DNA from: Deltaproteobacteria bacterium
GTDB taxonomy: Bacteria > Myxococcota > Kuafuiibacteriia > Kuafuiibacteriales > Kuafuiibacteriaceae
Reading direction: 5' to 3'
DNA: 64,000 nt
Assembly: GCA_040218735.1 (NCBI GenBank)
Contig: JAVJQW010000023.1
Location: 64,001 to 128,000, forward strand
This document shows, one piece after another, positions 58,264-64,000 of the stretch. Made by a program: the position numbers and the translations under genes. The notes under the pieces were generated by a model that was given only the letters and a program-made list of their open reading frames with translations, made no database searches and was not told the origin of the DNA. Position 1 is the first letter of the stretch. Each line of letters begins with the position of its first letter.

Positions 58264-59739
58264 TCAGTCGATCGCGAAGCAGTAGATGCGACCGATCGCG
58301 AGCGTGCCCGCGAGGCTCGTCTCGTCGCAGCCGATCGTGGGGTGCGCGTCGTTCCACGTCCCCTGGTTCTTCGGCGAGTCCGTGTCCTCGTGACCGACCC
58401 ACGCGGTGTCGTTCGGTGAGCTCGACGTCCAGTCCGCGCAGGTCTGCGGCGGGTCGGTCTTGTCCGACGCGCCGACGAGCCGGCCACCGCTGTCGGAGCC
58501 GGTGAAGATGTCGTGCGCGCGATCGAACAGCGTGGCGTTCGGGTTGATCGCGTCGACCTCGAATCCACACGCCGACTTCATGAGCGGCGCCGCGATCCCG
58601 GTGCCGCCGTTTTCGTGGTGGATGAACGCGAGGTCACCCACGGACGTGCCGTCGTAGTTGAACCAGGGGCCCGCGCCGATGCGATCCCGCGCGTCGACGC
58701 GCCCGAACGTCGGGTCCGCGAGCGCCGAGAGGTACGCGCGCCACGTGCGCCCACCCGCGCCGGCCGCGGAGGCCGCCGCCTGACAGATCGCGTCGGCGCC
58801 GGCGAGGCCGCCGAGGTTGCCGCCCATCGGGCCGCTCCCCTGCTCCGTCATGAAGAACGACATGTTCGCGGCGGGTGTGCACTCCCGCATCTCGCCGCCG
58901 TCGCGCGGGCCGCCGTCGCGGAAGCCGGCGTCGCGAACGCCGCCGTCGCGGAAGCCGGCGTCGCGCACGCCGCCGTCGCGCGGGGGCGGCGTCTCGGTGG
59001 AGAAGCAGTAGATGCGACCGATCGCGAGCGTCTCGCCGAGGCTCGTCTCGTCGCAGCCGGTCGTCGGGTGCGCGTCGTTCCAGGCGCCGGTGTTCGTCGG
59101 GTTGTCGGTGTCCTCGTGGCCGACCCACGCGGTGTCACTCGCCGCGCTCGACGTCCAGTCGGCGCAGGTCTGCGGCGGATCGTCGGGGCCGTTGCCGCCG
59201 ACGAGCCCACCCGACACGTCGGTGCCGGTGAAGATGTCGTGCGCGCGGTTGAACAACGTCGCGTTCGGGTTCTCGGCGTCGATCTGATAGCCGTCTTCGG
59301 CGAACATCAGCTCGCCGCGGATGCCGCCGTTGTGGATGGAGGCGCCGTCGCCGATCTGCTCGCCGCAGTAGTTGAACCACGGTCCCTGCCCGATGCGATC
59401 GCGTGCGTCGATGCGGCCGAAGGTGGGGTCGTCGAGCGCCGAAAGGTACGCGACCCATCCGCCTCGTGTGCTGCCGGCCGCGCTGGCTGCGGCCGCGCAT
59501 ATCGCGTCGGCGCCGGCGAGGCCGCCGAAGTCACCGCTGCGGTTGCCTTCGCGCGTGAAGAAGAACGTCATGTTCGGCGACTGCTGCGAGCAGTCGACGC
59601 CGGGCCCCGCGTCGCGCGGACCGCCGTCGCGCCCGGGCGGGCCCGCGTCGCGTTCCGGAAAACCGCCCGCGCTTCCGCAGGCGACGAGCAGTGCTGAGGA
59701 GGAGAGCAGGAAGAGGTGTCGTCGCACTGAAAGGATCAT
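58264..59739 (-). CDS. Lipoprotein with two tandem endostatin/NC10-like (DUF1554-like) domains
   Basis: LVAC lipobox; two copies of GG LAGADAIC...W.AYLS...ARDRIG.GPWFN...HDIFTG...TCADWTS...GRIYCF. Confidence 0.8.
   Translation of the reverse strand: MILSVRRHLFLLSSSALLVACGSAGGFPERDAGPPGRDGGPRDAGPGVDCSQQSPNMTFFFTREGNRSGDFGGLAGADAICAAAASAAGSTRGGWVAYLSALDDPTFGRIDARDRIGQGPWFNYCGEQIGDGASIHNGGIRGELMFAEDGYQIDAENPNATLFNRAHDIFTGTDVSGGLVGGNGPDDPPQTCADWTSSAASDTAWVGHEDTDNPTNTGAWNDAHPTTGCDETSLGETLAIGRIYCFSTETPPPRDGGVRDAGFRDGGVRDAGFRDGGPRDGGEMRECTPAANMSFFMTEQGSGPMGGNLGGLAGADAICQAAASAAGAGGRTWRAYLSALADPTFGRVDARDRIGAGPWFNYDGTSVGDLAFIHHENGGTGIAAPLMKSACGFEVDAINPNATLFDRAHDIFTGSDSGGRLVGASDKTDPPQTCADWTSSSPNDTAWVGHEDTDSPKNQGTWNDAHPTIGCDETSLAGTLAIGRIYCFAID
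58900..58985. repeat. Coding tandem repeat (RDGGV/RDAGF linker)
   Basis: Repeated gccgtcgcggaagccggcgtcgcg units encoding PPRDGGVRDAGFRDGGVRDAGFRDGGPRDGG. Confidence 0.8.
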
Positions 59740-60710
59740 AGCCCATCGCGCCACCAGGCGGCGACGCGGTCTGCGACGTGCGCGTGACTCGGCGCACTCG
59801 GGTGGAAATCACCCGGGATGTACCAGGTCTCCCAACCCTCGGGGGGATCGTCGCGACCGGGGCGAATCAGGTCGATGTCGAGGTCGGCGAGCGGGTCGTT
59901 GGCGCACAGCGCGGGGGTGCCGCGGATCGCCCAGTCGACGACGGCGAAGCGGGCATCGCGCGCTTCGGCCTCGCGCTGCATCTCGGTGATGAGCGCGCGC
60001 GTGAGCTTCGGGGTCGGCGGCGGGCCGCGGTGGGTTCGGACGAGGCGAACGTAGGCCCACAGGTGTGAGTAGCTCCGGTCGGCGCTGCGGACGGGCCGGT
60101 GCACTTGTTTGACACCGTCGGGGCTCAGCGCGAACGCGGGCTTGGTGCCGGGGAAGCGACGCTCCGGCATCCACAGGCGACGGTCTTCGTTGGCGTTGCG
60201 ACGGATGTGATCACACACGAAGCCGTACACGACGGCGCGTGTGTCGAACCGATCGGCGAAACGACGGAGCTGCACGAGCGCCTGGTCGGTGCCGAAGCCC
60301 TGGACCGCGACGTTCACGATCTGCAGATCGAGGCGCCGCTCGAGCTGGCCCGCGATCGATGCTTCGTAGGAGACACCGTGTCCGAACATGAACGAGCCGC
60401 CGATCAGCAGCATCGTCGGGCGCTTCGGATCGAGCGCGGTCGTCGCCGTAGGGACGCGGATGCCCGCGGCGTCGAAGTACATCGTGACCTCGACCCCCGC
60501 GTCGCCGAAGGCGAGCGTCGCCGAGTTGTCGGGGACGTAGGACCAGCCGGTCGCGTCGTCGAACTGGGCGATCGTCTCTTCGTCCGCGGCGAGCACGCCC
60601 TTGAACGGGCGGCCCGTCACGCGGAGCGCCACTTCGAAGACGAGGGCGCCCAACGCGAACGTCAAGATGACGATCGCCGCCGAAGCAAGAGCGGCTCGGG
60701 CACGGCCCAC
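59736..60710 (-). CDS. Membrane-anchored SGNH/GDSL hydrolase-like protein
   Basis: N-terminal TM, LLIGGSFMFG, NVAVQGFGTDQ, DFHPS. Confidence 0.78.
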   Translation of the reverse strand: MGRARAALASAAIVILTFALGALVFEVALRVTGRPFKGVLAADEETIAQFDDATGWSYVPDNSATLAFGDAGVEVTMYFDAAGIRVPTATTALDPKRPTMLLIGGSFMFGHGVSYEASIAGQLERRLDLQIVNVAVQGFGTDQALVQLRRFADRFDTRAVVYGFVCDHIRRNANEDRRLWMPERRFPGTKPAFALSPDGVKQVHRPVRSADRSYSHLWAYVRLVRTHRGPPPTPKLTRALITEMQREAEARDARFAVVDWAIRGTPALCANDPLADLDIDLIRPGRDDPPEGWETWYIPGDFHPSAPSHAHVADRVAAWWRDGL

Positions 60711-60753
60711 CGCGGATCTGTTTGCCGCCGATCGAGCCGGCGTGCAACCGGGC

Positions 60754-63339
60754 TCAGCTCACGCCGACCTGGGCGTCCGAGAGCTTCGCGTACACGTCGG
60801 CTCCGATGCGGTCCTTGACCTCGGCGATGTTGCGCCAGTTGCCGGCGAGCTCGTGCGGCGTGCGCTCGTGCTCCGCGTGCAGGACGGCCGACAGGTCGCG
60901 GTAACCGATCCCGTCCGGGTAGTTGTGTCGCTCGAGGAGCGCGTCGAAGACCCGGTCGTCGTACCAGCCGTTGTCGTACTCGAGCGAGGCTGCCGTGAAG
61001 AGGAGCGCCATCGTTTTGCGTTCCGCCGGGTCGAGGCCCCGGACGCGGCGGTTCGTCGACTGCGCCATCACGGCGTTGATGAACTCGTAGTGCAGCTCGG
61101 CGCGGAACGCCTCGATGCTCGCGTGGGAGAAGTGCGGGTTGAACGCAAACGTCCACGCGCCGGCGCGGTCCTTCGCGATCTTCACCATTGGATCGTCGGG
61201 ACCGAGGTTCTCCGAGAAGCCGTTCGAGGTGAGCGTCCGGACCTGGTAGCCGCCGTGGGTGATCGGGTTGTAACGACCGAACGTGTCGAGCGACTGCACC
61301 GCCGCGAAGAGCTTCGTCCCGTCGAGGCGATCGACCGGCACCGAGGGCGCCTTGGGACGGAACTCGTTACGGACGTCTTCCTCCGCCTTGATGCGACCGC
61401 CGTCCCAGACCGCCTGACCGCCGTCGGGGACGCCGTTGGCGTCGAGGTCCCAGAGCATGAGCTGCTCGAGGCGACCGGGGTTCGTGTAGTTGATGTCGAC
61501 CGTGTGGCTCCACGAATCGGTCGCGCGGTCGAGCGCCTTGCCGATGCTGTCCGTGCCCGTCCACGGCTTCAGCTTCACCATCGCGTCCATCATGCCGGTC
61601 ATCAGCATCATGTTCTCGGAGTAGTTCATGACCTTCGGACCGCCGTCGCGGTTGTAGTTGAAGTAGGTCGACTCGTACGTGTTGATCAGCTGCGCCGACT
61701 GCGGGTTCGGGTAGCGGTTGCGGATCATGAACGAGCGGTCGGTGGTGGCGCACGCGCCGATCGAGAGGATTTTGCTCCCCACCATCTCCGGTGCGTTGGC
61801 GATGCTGTTCTCGATGTTGCGGCCGAGGTTCGAGTGGCCGTCGTACTGGATGACGTCGATGTCCGGATCGTCCGCGGCCTGGAACATGTTTCGGCCGTTC
61901 ATCGGCGCGACGTAGACCTTGACCTGCTTGCAGATCGCGTCGGCGTCGCCCTGGTTCACGTCCTTCACGAACATCGCGTAGCCGCGTTTGTCGGAGGTCG
62001 CCTCGCGGAAGCCGTGTTTCTCGACGAGCATCTTCTTCGAGCCGACGTGGATGAGGTCGTCCTCCTCGTGACCGCACATCAGCACGAAGTTGAGCGAATT
62101 CTTCGCCGCCTGCGGCTGCCCGTTGGCGTCGTAGGAGATCTGGAAGATCGAGTCGTAGTCCGGCGTCTCGGGCGCCACCAACGGGACGAGCTCCTTCTCG
62201 AAGCGCGTCTTGTCGGCCGGCTCGAGCTGGTCCTTGCCCTGGTTGAGGCCCGACACGAGGATGCTGCGCACGTCGAAGTACGGGCTCGTCTTGACGAGGT
62301 CCGCCGTGAAGTCGAACGCGGCGCGCTTCGTCGCGGCGTCACCGACCGTCGCGAGGCGACGACCGAGCGCACCGGCGCCGGCGTAGAGCGCCTTCTTCTT
62401 GGCCTCGCCGTACGTCTGCGCGGACTGCGTCGAGCCGCGGGTCGACACGTCGATCTTCCAGTTGTTGAGCGTGCCGACGTCCTGGCCGGCCTGGTCGATG
62501 ATGCGGATGCGCCAACGGCCGTTGACCTCTTTGCCTTCGAGCGCGCGCATCTGCGTGTCGTCGAGCGTGAACGTCTTCTTGATGTCGTCGGAGCTCCCGC
62601 CGCCGCGCGCGTGGAGCTGCACCGCGCTGCGGTCCGGCGCGACGAGCTCGACCGTGAGGTCGCCGACGTAGGTGTGCGAGATGTCGAGGTCGACCTTGAT
62701 GTCGGCGAGGCGGCCGCTCGCGTCGATCTCGATCGCGTCGCTGACCCAGCCGCCGTTGTCCGGGATGGAGAGGTTCGGCGCGCTCGCTTTCGTCTCGGAC
62801 TGACCCGGGAGCTGAACCGTGAGGACCTCGGTCTTCAGGTTGTCGAGCGCAGCGAGGAGGTGCGTGCGCGTGTCCGCCGGGAGGTCCGCGATCGGGTCGC
62901 CGCCGAGCTTCGTCAGCGCGAGCGCGAGCTGGTGGACGTTGTCGATCTTCACCGACGGATCCGACGGCGGGTCCTGGTTCGGGTGCGTGAGGATGTCGCC
63001 GCTCGGCGTGACGTAGAACGGCTCGACCGCGTTGTTCTGGAGGAGCTGATAACTACCGGCGCGTGAGACGAGCGCATCGAGTGTCTTCAGTCCCGCGGCG
63101 GCGTCCGCGCGCGAGATGCCGTTCGCGGCGAGGCGGTCGGCGAGCGCGTCCATGCCCTGCGACTGGAGCGCGGCGTAGACGTCGGCGATGCTGCCGCTGC
63201 CGATCCGTTTGGCGGCGGCCTCGAAGCCGGCCTCCAGTCCGTCGAGCGCCGCGACGCCGAGCTGGCTCCGGGAGACGGGGTCGTTCGGGACGGTGATGTT
63301 GCGATCGAAGACGTTCGACTTGAGGGCCAGATTCGGCAT
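60754..63339 (-). CDS. Proprotein-convertase P-domain protein with a putative clan CD (caspase/gingipain-like) peptidase region
   Basis: P-domain IPDN...VDLDISHTYVGDLTVELVAPD...GRWRIRIIDQAGQDVGTLNNW; VIQYDGHS and ILSIGAC; no signal peptide. Confidence 0.75.
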   Translation of the reverse strand: MPNLALKSNVFDRNITVPNDPVSRSQLGVAALDGLEAGFEAAAKRIGSGSIADVYAALQSQGMDALADRLAANGISRADAAAGLKTLDALVSRAGSYQLLQNNAVEPFYVTPSGDILTHPNQDPPSDPSVKIDNVHQLALALTKLGGDPIADLPADTRTHLLAALDNLKTEVLTVQLPGQSETKASAPNLSIPDNGGWVSDAIEIDASGRLADIKVDLDISHTYVGDLTVELVAPDRSAVQLHARGGGSSDDIKKTFTLDDTQMRALEGKEVNGRWRIRIIDQAGQDVGTLNNWKIDVSTRGSTQSAQTYGEAKKKALYAGAGALGRRLATVGDAATKRAAFDFTADLVKTSPYFDVRSILVSGLNQGKDQLEPADKTRFEKELVPLVAPETPDYDSIFQISYDANGQPQAAKNSLNFVLMCGHEEDDLIHVGSKKMLVEKHGFREATSDKRGYAMFVKDVNQGDADAICKQVKVYVAPMNGRNMFQAADDPDIDVIQYDGHSNLGRNIENSIANAPEMVGSKILSIGACATTDRSFMIRNRYPNPQSAQLINTYESTYFNYNRDGGPKVMNYSENMMLMTGMMDAMVKLKPWTGTDSIGKALDRATDSWSHTVDINYTNPGRLEQLMLWDLDANGVPDGGQAVWDGGRIKAEEDVRNEFRPKAPSVPVDRLDGTKLFAAVQSLDTFGRYNPITHGGYQVRTLTSNGFSENLGPDDPMVKIAKDRAGAWTFAFNPHFSHASIEAFRAELHYEFINAVMAQSTNRRVRGLDPAERKTMALLFTAASLEYDNGWYDDRVFDALLERHNYPDGIGYRDLSAVLHAEHERTPHELAGNWRNIAEVKDRIGADVYAKLSDAQVGVS

Positions 63340-63405
63340 GAGGGGTTTATCGGCGAGAAGCCCCTACAGTTGCGCCGGATGTAGACGCGAATCGCGTCGG
63401 ATGAC

Positions 63406-63675
63406 TCAGTCGTCGGAGAGCGTGGGGATCGGCGAAATCGTTGATGTTTTCACCCGCGAGTGGCCGCTCGGGCACTGCGCCATCGCCTGCTGGTAACGCG
63501 CCCGACACATCTGCTGCTCGTCGGAGGTCTCGAGCAGCTCCGACTCGGGGTCACCGGTAGGCTGGAAGGGCTGCTGCTGACACATCCTGTACGCCTCGTC
63601 GGCGCGCTGCGCGCAGGTCTGGTTCGTGGCGCAGCCGGCGAGACCGGCGAACAGCAGCAGGGCGAGCCATCGCAT
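63406..63675 (-). CDS. Small Cys-rich lipoprotein
   Basis: MRWLALLLFAGLAGC lipobox; two CX10C helical motifs. Confidence 0.72.
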   Translation of the reverse strand: MRWLALLLFAGLAGCATNQTCAQRADEAYRMCQQQPFQPTGDPESELLETSDEQQMCRARYQQAMAQCPSGHSRVKTSTISPIPTLSDD

Positions 63676-63703
63676 CGGGCCGGACTGTAGGGGACGTTTT
63701 GGG

Positions 63704-63864
63704 TCGAGTCACGGACCGGAACCGAAAACCCTCCGCGGCACGATGGGAGAGCACCCGACCCCGGTCCGAGACTCTTGGGTCGAACCGTGATTCGTTAGTT
63801 CGGTCCGACGTAAGAGCACGGTGGGTACCGCGGAACATCACTCGGGTTTCGGGGCGGATGACGA
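63704..63864. ncRNA. Candidate structured RNA or palindromic element
   Basis: Nested inverted repeats form a rod of about 130-160 nt (see findings). Confidence 0.35.
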
Positions 63865-63885
63865 CAACTGGTGAGGGCCGCGGCA

Positions 63886-63923
63886 ACGAGTTGTCACCCC
63901 AAACGGTTGACGAACTGTCACCC
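63886..63923. promoter_or_regulatory. Direct repeat ACGAGTTGTCACCC / ACGAACTGTCACCC, possible regulator site
   Basis: 12/14 identity at 63886 and 63910 (24-bp period) in a divergent intergenic region. Confidence 0.45.
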
Positions 63924-63944
63924 GGGGCTTTGGCATCCGCCGCG

Positions 63945-64000
63945 ATGACCGGCGCCTTCTTCGACACGCACGCGCACATCGACGGCCCCGAGTTCGACGA
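63945..64000 (+). CDS. tatD: TatD family hydrolase, N-terminal fragment
   Basis: MTGAFFDTHAHIDGPEFD matches the TatD DTHxH start; downstream of holB-metG. Confidence 0.8.
   Translation, partial: MTGAFFDTHAHIDGPEFD

Noticed and set aside
63704-63864. Retron msr/msd, SRP RNA, or c-di-GMP/c-di-AMP/glycine riboswitch
   Set aside because: No reverse transcriptase nearby and no diagnostic conserved motifs recognised; kept only as an unassigned candidate.
1-64000. Many long Arg/Ala-rich alternative-frame and antisense ORFs (e.g. 31506..34757, 35619..37892, 55848..58568, 60601..63066)
   Set aside because: These are shadow ORFs typical of high-GC DNA. They overlap well-supported genes and have no motifs.

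Overview
GC-rich bacterial window, most likely Myxococcota. Evidence for that: three eukaryote-like Ser/Thr kinases, many lipoproteins with RDGG/RDAG linkers, a MYXO-CTERM-type sorting signal and an MshEN/GspE-N protein. Housekeeping genes (dnaE, holB, metG, type II homoserine kinase, start of tatD) alternate with accessory blocks. The main candidate new system (about 22.2-38.8 kb) has three parts: a GntR/FCD regulator with visible palindromic operators and overlapping divergent sigma70 promoters; a four-gene enzyme operon (FAH hydrolase, VOC, atypical CE4 deacetylase, MetE/EaCoMT-like Zn thiol transferase); and yceI, a membrane protein, a stand-alone 2991-aa CoA-ligase-ACP-KS-AT-DH-ER-KR-ACP-TE synthase and an LRR protein. 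Other highlights are a diheme cytochrome-porin fusion coupled to a cytochrome lipoprotein, a Fur-boxed six-gene TonB operon, a peptidoglycan amidase with two bulb-lectin domains, a P-domain protein with a caspase/gingipain-like dyad, and two candidate structured RNAs (about 21.64-21.73 kb and 63.70-63.86 kb). I saw no rRNA, tRNA, CRISPR array or transposase. All calls come from motif recognition by eye; no searches were run.
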